Below, in pieces: positions 13,977 to 26,331 of a DNA stretch of 64,000 nucleotides. Where the stretch lies: assembly GCF_963921235.1 (NCBI RefSeq), contig NC_086097.1, positions 94,366,001-94,430,000 on the forward strand. The letters are read 5' to 3'. The stretch's first letter is position 1. Every line of letters starts with the position of its first letter. The position numbers and the translations under genes are program-made. The notes beneath the pieces are model-generated. The model did not search any database and was not told where the DNA came from. It worked only from the letters and a program-made list of their open reading frames with translations. Source of the stretch: Mobula hypostoma. Lineage: Eukaryota.

Positions 13977-14867
13977 TGTGTGAGTGTCTGTGTGAGAGAG
14001 AGAGAGTGTGTGAGTGTCTGTGTGAGAGTGAGAGAGTGTGTGTGAGTGTCTGTGTGAGAGAGTGTGTGAGTGTCTGTGTGAGAGAGAGTGTGTGAGTGTC
14101 TGTGTGAGAGAGAGTGTGTGAGTGTCTGTGTGAGAGAGAGTGTGTGAGTGTCTGTGTGTGAGAGAGAGTGTGTGAGTGTCTGTGTGAGAGAGAGTGTGTG
14201 TGAGTGTCTGTATGTGAGAGAGAGAGTGTGTGAGTGTCTGTGTGAGAGAGAGAGAGTGTGTGAGTGTCTGTGTGAGAGAGAGTGTGTGAGTGTCTGTGTG
14301 AGAGAGAGAGTGTGTGTGTGTGTGTGTGTGAGAGAGAGTGTGTGTGTGTCTGTGTGAGAGAGAGAGAGAGTGTGTGAGTGTCTGTGTGAGAGAGAGTGTG
14401 TGAGTGTCTGTGTGAGAGAGAGAGTGTGTGAGTGTCTGTGTGTGAGAGAGAGTGTGTGAGTGTCTGTGTGAGAGAGAGAGTGTGTGTGTGTGTGTGTGTG
14501 TGAGAGAGTGTGTGAGTGTCTGTGTGAGAGAGAGTGTGTGAGTGTGTGTGTGAGAGAGAGTGTGTGTGTGTGTGTGTGTGAGAGAGAGTGTGTGAGTGTG
14601 TGTGTGTGAGTGTGTGTGTGTGAGAGAGTGTGTGTGTGTGTGTGTGAGTGTCTGTGTGAGAGAGAGTGTGTGTGTGTGTGTGTGAGAGAGAGAGTGTGTG
14701 AGTGTCTGTGTGTGAGAGAGAGAGTGTGTGTGTCTGTGTGAGAGAGAGAGTGTGTGAGTGTCTGTGTGAGAGAGAGAGAGTGTGTGTGTGTGTCTGTGTG
14801 AGAGAGAGAGAGTGTGTGAGTGTGTGTGTGAGAGAGAGAGAGAGTGTGAGTGTCTGTGTGAGAGAGT

Positions 14868-14898
<31 letters not shown>

Positions 14899-15006
14899 TG
14901 TGTGAGTGTCTGTGTGTGAGAGAGTGTGTGAGTGTCTGTGTGAGAGAGAGAGAGTGTGTGAGTGTCTGTGTGAGAGAGAGAGTGTGTGAGTGTCTGTGTG
15001 AGAGAG

Positions 15007-15076
<70 letters not shown>

Positions 15077-15977
15077 TGTGTGAGTGTCTGTGTGAGAGAG
15101 AGAGTGTGTGAGTGTCTGTGTGAGAGAGAGAGAGTGTGTGAGTGTCTGTGTGAGAGAGAGTGTGTGTGTGTGTGTGTGTGTGAGTGAGAGAGTGTGTGAG
15201 TGTCTGTGTGAGAGAGAGAGAGTGTGTGAGTGTGTGTGTGTGAGAGAGAGAGTGTGTGTGTGTCTGTGTGTGTGAGAGTGTGTGTGTGTGTGTGTGAGAG
15301 AGAGAGTGTGTGAGTGTCTGTGTGTGAGAGAGAGAGTGTGTGTCTGTGTGAGAGCGAGTGTGTGTGTGTCTGTGTGAGAGAGAGAGTGTGAGTGTCTGTG
15401 TGAGAGAGAGAGAGTGTGTGAGTGTCTGTGTGAGTCAGAGAGTGTGTGAGTGTCTGTGTGAGAGTGTGTGTGTGTGTGAGAGTGTCTGTGTGAGAGAGTG
15501 TGTGTGTGTCTGTGTGAGAGAGAGAGTGTGTGAGTGTCTGTGTGAGAGAGAGAGTGTGTGTGAGTGTCTGTGTGTGAGTGTGTGAGTGTGTGTGTGAGTG
15601 AGTGTGTGTGTGTGTGTGAGAGAGTGTGTGAGTGTCTGTGTGAGAGAGAGAGTGTGTGTGAGTGTGTGTGTGTGTGAGAGAGTGTGTGTGTGTCTGTGAG
15701 AGAGTGTGTGAGTGTCTGTGTGAGAGAGTGTGTGTGTGAGAGAGAGTGTGTGTGTGTGTGTGTGTGTGAGAGAGTGTGTGAGTGTGTGTGTGTGTGTGAG
15801 AGTGTGTGTGTGTGTGAGTGTGTGTGTGTGAGAGAGTGTGTGTGAGTGTCTGTGTGAGAGTGAGAGAGAGTGTGTGAGTGTCTGTGTGAGAGAGAGTGTG
15901 AGTGTCTGTGTGAGAGAGAGTGTGTGAGTGTCTGTGTGAGAGAGAGAGAGTGTGTGAGTGTGTGTGTGAGAGAGAGA

Positions 15978-16008
<31 letters not shown>

Positions 16009-16327
16009 TGTTGTGTGGAGAGAGTGTGTGAGTGTCTGTGAGAGAGAGAGAGTGTGTGAGTGTCTGTGTGAGAGGAGAGAGTGTGTGAGTGTCTGTGTGA
16101 GAGAGAGAGTGTGTGAGTGTCTGTGTGAGAGAGAGAGTGTGTGAGTGTCTGTGTGGAGAGAGAGAGTGTGTGAGTGTCTTGTGAGAGAGAGTGAGAGTGG
16201 TGAGTGTCTGTGTGTGAGAGAGAGAGTGTGTGAGTGTCTGTGTGGAGAGAGAGTGTGTGAGTGTCTGTGGGAGAGAGAGTGTGTGAGTGTGTGTGAGAGA
16301 GAGAGTGTGTGAGTGTCTGTGTGAGAG

Positions 16328-16391
<64 letters not shown>

Positions 16392-16497
16392 TGTGTGTGT
16401 GTGTGTGAGTGTGTGTGTGTGTCTGTGAGAGAGAGAGTGTGTGAGTGTCTGTGTGAGTGTGTGTGTGAGAGTGTGTGAGTGTCTGTGTGAGAGAGAG

Positions 16498-16537
<40 letters not shown>

Positions 16538-16557
16538 TGAGTGTGAGTGTGTGTGAG

Positions 16558-16589
<32 letters not shown>

Positions 16590-16967
16590 AGTGAGAGAGT
16601 GTGTGAGTGTGTGTGTGAGAGAGAGAGAGAGTGTGTGAGTGTCTGTGTGAGTGTGAGAGAGAGTGTGTGAGTGTCTGTGTGTGAGAGAGTGTGTGAGTGT
16701 CTGTGTGAGAGAGAGAGTGTGTGAGTGTCTGTGTGAGTCAGAGAGTGTGTGAGTGTCTGTGTGAGAGTGTGTGTGTGTGTGAGAGTGTCTGTCTGAGTGA
16801 GTGTGTGTGTGTGAGTGTCTGTGTGAGAGTGAGAGAGTGTGTGTGAGTGTCTGTGTGAGAGAGTGTGTGAGTGTCTGTGTGTGAGAGAGAGTGTGTGAGT
16901 GTCTGTGTGTGAGAGAGAGAGAGAGTGTGTGAGTGTCTGTGTGTGAGAGAGAGTGTGTGTGTCTGTG
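1..16967. repeat. Giant compound GA/GT satellite, unit about 26-30 bp (commonly 28): TCTGTGTG(AG)4-6TGTGTGAGTG; more pure (GT)n toward the right end
   Basis: Tandem periodicity directly visible. Runs off the window start and ends at the assembly gap. The C/E/R/V/S ORFs here are translations of the repeat. Confidence 0.98.
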
Positions 16968-17167
16968 NNNNNNNNNNNNNNNNNNNNNNNNNNNNNNNNN
17001 NNNNNNNNNNNNNNNNNNNNNNNNNNNNNNNNNNNNNNNNNNNNNNNNNNNNNNNNNNNNNNNNNNNNNNNNNNNNNNNNNNNNNNNNNNNNNNNNNNNN
17101 NNNNNNNNNNNNNNNNNNNNNNNNNNNNNNNNNNNNNNNNNNNNNNNNNNNNNNNNNNNNNNNNNNN
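16968..17167. other. Assembly gap (200 N, probably a nominal scaffolding size)
   Basis: Run of exactly 200 N between two different tandem arrays. Confidence 0.99.
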
Positions 17168-19285
17168 TGTATGAGGGAGAGTGGGAAACGGGAAGCTGGT
17201 GTGGATGAGGGAGAGTGGGAAACGGGAGGCTGGTGTTTAAAGGGAGAGTGGGAAACGGGAACTGGTGTGTATGAGGGAGAGTGGGAAACGGGAGGCTGGT
17301 GTGTATGAGGGAGAGTGGGAAACGGGAGGCTGGTGTGTATGAGGGAGAGTGGGAAACGGGAGCTGGTGTGTATGAGGGAGAGTGGGAAACGGGAGGCTGG
17401 TGTGTATAAAGGGAGAGTGGGAAACGGGAGCTGGTGTGTATGAGGGAGAGTGGGAAACGGGAGGCTGGTGTGTATAAAGGGAGAGTGGGAAACGGGAGGC
17501 TGGTGTGTATGAGGGAGAGTGGGAAACGGGAGGCTGGTGTTTATGAGGGAGAGTGGGAAACGGGAGGCTGGTGTGGATGAGGGAGAGTGGGAAACGGGAG
17601 GCTGGTGTGTATAAAGGGAGAGTGGGAAACGGGAGGCTGGTGTGAGGATGAGGGAGAGTGGGAAACGGGAGGCTGGTGTGTATGAGGGAGAGTGGGAAAC
17701 GGGAGGCTGGTGTGGATGAGGGAGAGTGGGAAACGGGAGGCTGGTGTGTATAAAGGGAGAGTGGGAAACGGGAGGCTGGTGTGTTTAAAGAGAGAGTGGA
17801 AACGGGAGCTGGTGTGGATGAGGGAGAGTGGGAAACGGGGTCGTGGTGTGTTTAAAGGGAGAGTGGGAAACGGGAAGTGGTGTGTTTAAAGGGAGAGTGG
17901 GAAACGGGGTCCTGGTGAGTTTAAAGGGAGAGTGGGAAACGGGGTCTGGTGGTATAAATGGAGAGTGGGAAACGGGACTGGGGTTTAAAGGGAGAGTGGG
18001 AAACAGGAACTGGTGAGTTTAAATGGAGAGTGGGAAACAGGGGTCTCGGTGTTTAAAGGGAGAGTGGGAAACGGGAACTGGTGGTTTAAAGGGAGAGTGG
18101 GAAACGGGGCTGGTAGTGTTAAAGGGAGAGTGGGAAACGGGCTGGTGTGTATGAGGGAGAGTGGGAAACGGGGCTGGTGTGTATAAGGGAGAGTGGGAAA
18201 CGGGGCTCAGTGAGTTTAAAGGGAGAGTGGGAAACGGGGGTCTGGTGTGTTTAAAGGGAGAGTGGGAAACGGGGTCTCTGTGGGTTTAAAGGGAGAGTGG
18301 GAAACGGGGTCTCGGTCGGTTTAAAGGGAGAGTGGGAAACGGGGTCTCGGTGAGTTTAAAGGGAGAGTAGGAAACGGTGTCTCGGTGTGTTCAAAGAGGG
18401 AGAGTGGGAAACAGGGTCTCGGTGAGTTTAAAGGGAGAGTGGGAAACGGGGTCTCGGTGCGTTTAAAGGGAGAGTGGGAAACGGGGTCCGGGTGAGTTTA
18501 AAGGGAGAGTGGGAAACAGGGTCTATGTGGGTTTAAAGGGAGAGTGGGAAACGGGGTCATTGTGAATTTAAAGGGAGAGTGGGAAACGGGGTCTCGGTGA
18601 GTTTAAAGGGAGAGTGGGAAAAGGGGTTCCGTTGCGTTTAAAGGTAGAGTGGGAAACGGGGTCTCGGTGAGTTTAAAGGGAGAGTGGGAAACGGGGTCTC
18701 GGTGAGTTTAAAGAGAGAGTGGGAAACGGGGTGTTGGTGGGTTTAAAGAGAGAGTGTGAAACGTGATCCCGGTGGGTTTAAAGGGAGAGTGAGAAATGGG
18801 GTCCCGGTGAGTTTAAATGAAGAGTGGGAAACGGTGTCTCGGTGGGTTTAACGGGAGAGTGGGAAACGGGGTCCCGGTGCGTTTAAAGGGAGAGTGGGAA
18901 ACGGGGTCTCGGTGAGTTTAAAGGGAGAGTGGGAAACGGGGTCTCAGTGAGTTTAAAGGGAGAGTGGGAAACGGGGTCTCTGTGGGTTTAAAGGGAGAGT
19001 GGGTAACGGTGTCTCGGTGGGTTTAACGGGAGAGTGGGAAACGGGGTCCCGGTGCGTTTAAAGGGAGAGTTGGAAACAGGGTCTCAGTGAGTTTTAAGGG
19101 TGAGTGGATAACGGGGTCTCAGCGAGTTTAAAGGGAGAGTGGGAAATGAGGGTTCGGTGAGTTTAAAGGGAGAGTGGGAAACGGGGTCCCGGTGCTTTTA
19201 AAGGGAGAGTTGGAAACGGGGTCTCAGCGAGTTTAAAGGGAGAGTGGGAAATGAGGTCTTAGTGAGTTTAGGGGGAGAGTGGGAT
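17168..19285. repeat. G-rich minisatellite, 34-35 bp unit: GGGAGAGTGGGAAAC followed by GGGAGGCTGGTGTGTATGA or GGGGTCTCGGTGAGTTTAAA
   Basis: Roughly 60 tandem copies sharing the core GGGAGAGTGGGAAACGGG. Confidence 0.97.
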
Positions 19286-19347
19286 ACAAGACCCAGTGAG
19301 CTAGCTACTGAACAATTGGGATTTCCAAACACTCAGATAGTAGACTA

Positions 19348-19701
<354 letters not shown>

Positions 19702-19900
19702 TTACAACCTCGGTACAACAGTCAAAACACCACATAAACCGTCCCTTTGGCCCACTGAATCCATGCTAACCACCAATCACCCATTCACACCTTTCCTACA
19801 CAGAACCCCATTTGATTTTCCCCACACTCCCATTAATAGTTCCAACACCCCAAATTCTACAAATCACCTGGACATTTGGGGCAATTTACAATGGCTAATT

Positions 19901-20116
19901 TAGCCGGCTGGTGGCGTAGTGGCATCAGCGTCGGACTTTGGAGCAAAGGCTCCCAAGTTCGAATCCAGCCAGCTCCCTTGCACGCTTTCCATCCGTGCTG
20001 GGTTGATCGTCGAGCTAGAAGCTCTTCATAAAAACAAGAAAGCCTGCTAAAAAAAAATGCTGTCATGATGGCGTCCCGATGACTCTACTCGGAGTTAAGG
20101 GCTTTATTCCTTCTTC
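19901..20116 (+). mobile_element. tRNA-derived SINE with 14-bp target site duplication, nested in an older opposite-strand SINE
   Basis: A box TGGCGTAGTGG, B box GTTCGAATCC, TTC-rich tail. TACAATGGCTAATT repeated at 19887-19900 and 20117-20130. Confidence 0.85.
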
Positions 20117-20825
20117 TACAATGGCTAATTAACCCACCAAACCACACATCTTTGGGATGTGGGTGGAAAGCTGGAGGAGATCTGCACGGCCACAGGGAGA
20201 ACATGCAACCTCCACACAGGCAGCACCCGAGGTTGGGATCGAACCCAGGTCACTGAAGGTGTGAGGTGGCGGTTCTACCAGCCTCGCCACTGCCTTCTTC
20301 TGGATAACCACTAATCAATGATTAAACCCAACAGACCACCGAAAACCGGGTGAACAATTCTGAAACCTACTAAACTCCAACTGCATTCCCTCCGCAATTC
20401 CTGTTTCTCCTCGGCTGAAGTTTGGTGGAACAAGGCTGACTTAGTTATTTTTAAATAAAGGAGCTGGCTGCAAGTGGTTAAATTCAGCCTTACTTAGATT
20501 GTTTCCAGCTGGAATTGGTTGACAGAGCATGGTTGCTGTTCCTGAGTAGACACACTCCTGGAATTATGTGTATGAGTCAGCTTTCCAGTGAATTGGCTCC
20601 TCGTTAATTAACAGACACTTCTTGACTGAATATCAAATAACCTTTGTCCCAATCTTCAACACTGTCATAACTAGTAAAATAAAAATGTTTAGCAATATTT
20701 TTAGAACACTTTTCTGTTCACTGCCTGTCCAATATTCCCTCTGCATTGCGTCAGGCACCATACGAATAATCTTAACTTCCACGAAGTTTGGGCACAGGCC
20801 TGGAAGCCTATCATAAAGTCTGATT

Positions 20826-22305
20826 ATAAGACCATAAGACAAAGGAGCAGAAGTCAGCCATTCGGCCCATCGAGTCTGCTCCACCATTTTATCATGAGCT
20901 GATCCATTCTCCCGTTTAGTCCCACTCCCCCACTTTCTCACCATAACCTTTGATGCCCTGGCTACTCAGATACCTATCAATTTCTGCCTTAAATACACAC
21001 AATGACTTGGCCTCCACTGCTGCCCGTGGCAACAAATTCCATAGATTCACCACCCTCTGACTAAAAAAATTTCTTCGCATCTCTGTTCTGAATGAGCGCC
21101 CTTCAATCCTTAAGTCATGTCCTCTCGTACTAGACTCCCCCATCATGGGAAACAACTTTGCTACATCCACTCTGTCCATGCCTTTCAACATTTGAAATTT
21201 TTCTATGAGGTCCCCCCTCATTCTTCTAAACTCCAAGGAATACAGTCCAAGAGCGGACAAACGTTCCTCAAATGTTAACCCTCTCATTCCCGGAATCATT
21301 CTAGTGAATCTTCTCTGCACCCTCTCCAACGTCAGCACATCCTTTCTTAAATAAGGAGACCAAAACTGCCCACAGTACTCCAAGTGAGGTCTCACCAGCG
21401 CCTTATAGAGCCTCAACATCACATCCCTGCTCCTATACTCTATTCCTCTAGAAATGAATGCCAACATTGCATTCGCCTTCTTCACTACTGACTCAACCTG
21501 GAGGTTAACCTTAAGGGTATCCTGTACGAGGACTCCCAAGTCCCGTTGCATCTCAGAACTTTGAATTCTCTCCCCATTTAAATAATAGTCTGCCCATTTA
21601 TTTCTTCTGCCAAAGTGCATAACCATACAGTTTCCAACATTGTATTTCATTTGCCACTTCTTTGCCCATTCTTCCAATCTATCCAAGTCTCTCTGCAGAC
21701 TCTCTGTTTTCTCAGCACTACCGGCCCCTCCACCTATCTTCGTATCATCAGCAAACTTAGCCACAAAGCCATCTATTCCATAATCCAAATTGTTGATGTA
21801 CAACGTAAAACGAAGCGGCCCCAACACGGACCCCTGTGGAACACCACTGGTAACCAGCAGCCAACCAGAATAGGATCCCTTTATTCCCACTCTCTGTTTC
21901 CTGCCAATCAGCCAATGCCCTATCCACTTACGTAACTTTCCCGTAATTCCATGGGCTCTTATCTTGTTAAGTAGCCTCATGTGCTGCACCTTGTCAAAGG
22001 CCTTCTGAAAATCCAAATATACAATATCCACTGCATCTCCCTTGTCTAGCCTACTTGTAATTTCCTCAAAAAATTGTAATAGGTTTATCAGACAGGATTT
22101 TCCTTTAAGGAAACCATGCTGAGTTCTGCCTATCTTGTCATATGCCTCCAGGTACTCTGTAACCTCATCCTTGACAATCGACTCCAAGAACTTCCCAACC
22201 ACCGATGTCAAGCTAACAGGTCTATAATTTCCTTTTTGCTTCCTTGCCCCCTTCTTAAATAGCAGAGTGACACTAGCAATCTTCCAGTACTCCAGAACCA
22301 TGCCT
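20826..22305 (-). mobile_element. 5'-truncated CR1-clade LINE with an open 461-aa RT/C-terminal ORF2 segment (20916-22301)
   Basis: Motifs NYRPVSLTSVVGK, YLDFQKAFDKV, SGVPQGSVLGP, KFADD, LVRPHLEYC. Short-repeat 3' tail (TCTTATGGTCTTAT). Confidence 0.95.
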
Positions 22306-23647
22306 CACATCCGACTATCGTCAGTGAGGAACACTGAAGTTCAATGCCAATAAAAAGATGAACACAAGAAAACAGCAGGAGTCAGTGATCAGGCCCATTA
22401 AAACTGCCCCACCATTCAACATCATCATCAATACTGGTGTCAGCTGGGTGGGCAGGGTGGAGATACGTCTCTACCAAAGGAGGTGTAAGGCGCTCCTTCC
22501 CTCTGTTAGCCTGCAGGTCATCCTTGGGCAAGGTGTAGCACCTCAGGGTCAGGCAAAGTTGTGGGATCAGGAGGTGGATGGTTGTATATGCAGCCTGTGC
22601 ATATCACAAGTCCTGTTTATCTGACCAGGGACAGCATGCAAACATTCTCTGAAGAGTATTAGTAATGGCTGAGGTCACACGTCCTGTAAAGACACTGCTC
22701 AGAAGAAGGCAATGGTAACTCACTTCTGTAGAAAAATTCACCAAGAACAATGGAAAGACCATGGTCACCCATGTTATATGACATGGTGCCTAACAAATGA
22801 ATGAACTAGTCTCAGCATCTCTCCTGTACCATTCCTCCATACCTCTCTAATCCTTGGGTGTTCAAATATTTACCCATTTCCACCTTAAATACTTCTAATG
22901 ATCCTGCTTCCACCACCCACCAGGACTGAGAATTCCCGAGATCCACTGACCGGAGGGAAAGAATTCCTATTAAATGATCAGCCCCGTATCAGGTAAAGTT
23001 ATGTCCCTTTGTTCAAAACTCTCCCCGCAGCGAACACATTCCAGCAGCTATCCAGTCCAGCCCCTTTAGGGTCCTATGTCTGAATAACGTCACTCCTCAT
23101 TCCATCAAATTCCAAGGAATACAGCTTCAAACTAGGCAATGTCTCCTGACAGGACACCCTTCTCATCCCAGGAAATAACCTGGAATCCTCTTGGTATTGC
23201 CTCCATATGAACATAAGAAATAGGAGCAGGAGTTGGCCACCCGGCCCATCAAGCCTGCTCCGCCATTCAATAAAATGGCTGATCTAACCATGGACTCATC
23301 TCCACCTACCCGGCCTTTCCCCATAACCCTCCAGTGTACAAGGAAAGGGGACTAAAACCATGCACAGATTCCAGGTGAGGCCTTACCACCACCCTGTGCA
23401 ATTGATAGAAAGCTTCCCTGTTTTTAAATGCCTACCCCTTCATACCAGTGTGAAGTAGTTGCCCCTTCAGGTACCCGTTAAATCTTTCCCCTTCACTGTA
23501 AACTTATGCCCTCTAATTCTTGATATAATTCTGGACAACGACAGAGTGCATTCGCCTGATCTATGCCCCTCAGGATTTTATACATCTCTATAAAGTCACC
23601 CCCCTCCCCCCAAGGAATCAAGTCGTAGCCTGCCCAGCCTCTCCCTA

Positions 23648-23881
<234 letters not shown>

Positions 23882-26178
23882 CTAAATAATCGGAGAGTTA
23901 ATTAGAACAAAACCCATCTCCTTCCTTACATGCCTCACGCACAGAACCAAGACCAGCGTTATCAACAGCAGCACTAAACACATTGCGGAAAGCAATCAAC
24001 CAGCTATTAGTTGGAGGCAGGCTTTGTGGCCCCTTGAGGTCTCTCCTCACTTGGCTCTGCATAGTTTCTGAGCTCCTATAACCCAGCTCTGTGTGCCCAG
24101 GCTCGTCACTGGCTTCTCCTCTTTTGGAGCGTGTTGCTGACACGGGGAACATCAATGGAATGTCACCCAGCAAAGACTGAGCTCTGTCTGCAATCACGAC
24201 TTTGAACCGCAACCCGTGGCCAGACCCGCAGCCCAATACCACTGAATAAACGGGAACTCCAAACAGTTATGCAGAAAGTTTAATATTATTGCCTCAAATT
24301 TACTACATCCCTGAAATCAGTCTTCATTAGACCATTCCCGGATTGAGCCACTGTTATCCCAGAGTTTCCGTCACAGTTCTATTCCCTTACACCCAGCTCA
24401 GGCACTGCTATTGAGCCAACTGCCTTCAGACAGAAGGGACTAGTTTTAGAGGCCACTTCCAATGCACTGGCAACTTGATATTTCCACTAAGGCCTGTGAG
24501 TGGATGCTGAGGTTTAATTAATTGCAGACAGTAGACCTGCTGAAACACACAAAGCTGTGTATTCCCACACCTACAGGACTTGGTTTTCTGCTCTGAGCCA
24601 GGCAAACGGGATGCATGCACACTGCCAGTTCTGCCAGCACAAAAGAAGGAAGCCTCAAGTTCTTGGTGGAGGTCCAAGCAAAGTACAGAACAAGTGCTCC
24701 TCTAGTCACCTCACCCCAGCAACTGCCATTCTGAACTTGGTGGGTGGAAGGAACCATTTCTGTGTTACGTCTCTCTGTGAACCAGCCAAGCTGTGCTGGC
24801 ACAGGCGTCTGGTGTGGGCATTGGCTTGGAACTCACTATACAATGACCAAGCCTCACTGTCTGCTGGTATGGCCAGGTACATCACCTCTCCAGACCGTGA
24901 CACACCTCTCATTCTCTTTGTACATCACAAAGCTCAAGCCTTTGGTAATTACCAGAGTTCCCTCTCACCTCCAGTCTTTCAACGTCTGGTTAGTCCCACC
25001 CAGCCACAGCAGCATTCTCAGTGTGCACTGTTCAACAGGCAAACATGGCCACTCGCAGGGAGTACCACACCCAGTGCAAACTGTAGTCTCCCTCTTTGTT
25101 CCAAGATTGGAAAACTCAATAGCACTGAGCGCCTTCCTGATGGCACTCCACTTGCATTTACACTTTTCAAATGTAACCTCCTAGAGAATGCTGATCAACC
25201 ACAGGCATTGCGATGGGGATGCAATTTTATCTGGTTCACTGCCTTGAGGGGAAAGAGTGGTACATGCCCAGGAACACAATACAACAAAGTGTACTTTACA
25301 GCTGCACATTAACTGACAAATATCTGCCCCAGCTCAGGAACTGAGGGTGCAAGTCTTTCAAAGTTATTGAAGAATAAACACAGTATATATTTCTACACTT
25401 CCTTACAAGGAGGAAGCCCTCTATTTAGCCCATCAAATCTATTACATTTTTGAATCGAACAATCAAATTGAATTTATTATTATCTCTTTCTTTTTGCATT
25501 TGCAGTTTGCTGTCTTTTGCCCAGTGGTTGAACGCCCGAGTTGGTGCGGACTTTCATTGATTCTATTCCGGTTGGTATTCATTCTATGGATTTATTGAGT
25601 ATGCAGGCAGGACAATGAATCTCAGGGTTGTATACGGTGACATATCTGTACTTTGGTAATAAACTTACTTTGAACTTTAAATCTATTCTGGCTCACAACT
25701 CAATCTAGTTCTCCATTAATTTTCCATGTCACCCACACATCCCACATTCCCATCCATTCCCCTCACATTCTACCTCACACTAGGGACAATTTATAGTGGC
25801 CAATTAACCTACCAATCTGCACGTCTTTGGACACAGGAGGACACTGGAGCACCCAGAGGGAATCTATGCAGGAATAGGGGAAACATGCAAACTCCACACA
25901 GACAGCACCCAAGGTCAGGATTGAACCTGGGTTCCTGGAGCTGAGAGGCAGCAGCTCTTCTCTGCGATCACTAATGTCACCCCACTCTTCAAATGCAAAA
26001 GATTAGCCGTGGCTTTACCCTCAACTAGCCACACATGGCTGCTATGTTCCTTGCGTTCCATCCGGCCGAGGCCCAAAGCAGTCCTGGGGAATGGATAGCT
26101 CACATTGCACCAGAGGTAGCAGAATGAACCCACTTGTCCTTCAATCATCTGACTGGAGTCTACTTCTGGGTCGCTTTA

Positions 26179-26331
<153 letters not shown>

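Noticed and set aside
16005..16275. Odd-length variants (TTGTGTGG, GAGGAG) breaking the dinucleotide register
   Set aside because: Clustered near the contig end; most likely consensus sequencing errors.
94..17308. Many Cys/Glu/Arg/Val-rich ORFs, and ORFs running through N
   Set aside because: Translations of the GA/GT satellite or of the gap; no coding signal.
17168..19285. 35-bp periodic array as a possible CRISPR array
   Set aside because: No unique spacers (the variable parts are variants of each other), no cas genes, and eukaryotic context.
19901..19975. Possible tRNA gene
   Set aside because: Has A and B boxes, but continues into a SINE body and tail flanked by a TSD; no clean cloverleaf.
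24557..25312. 251-aa plus-strand ORF
   Set aside because: No recognisable domain, non-ATG start, intronic and antisense; probably chance.
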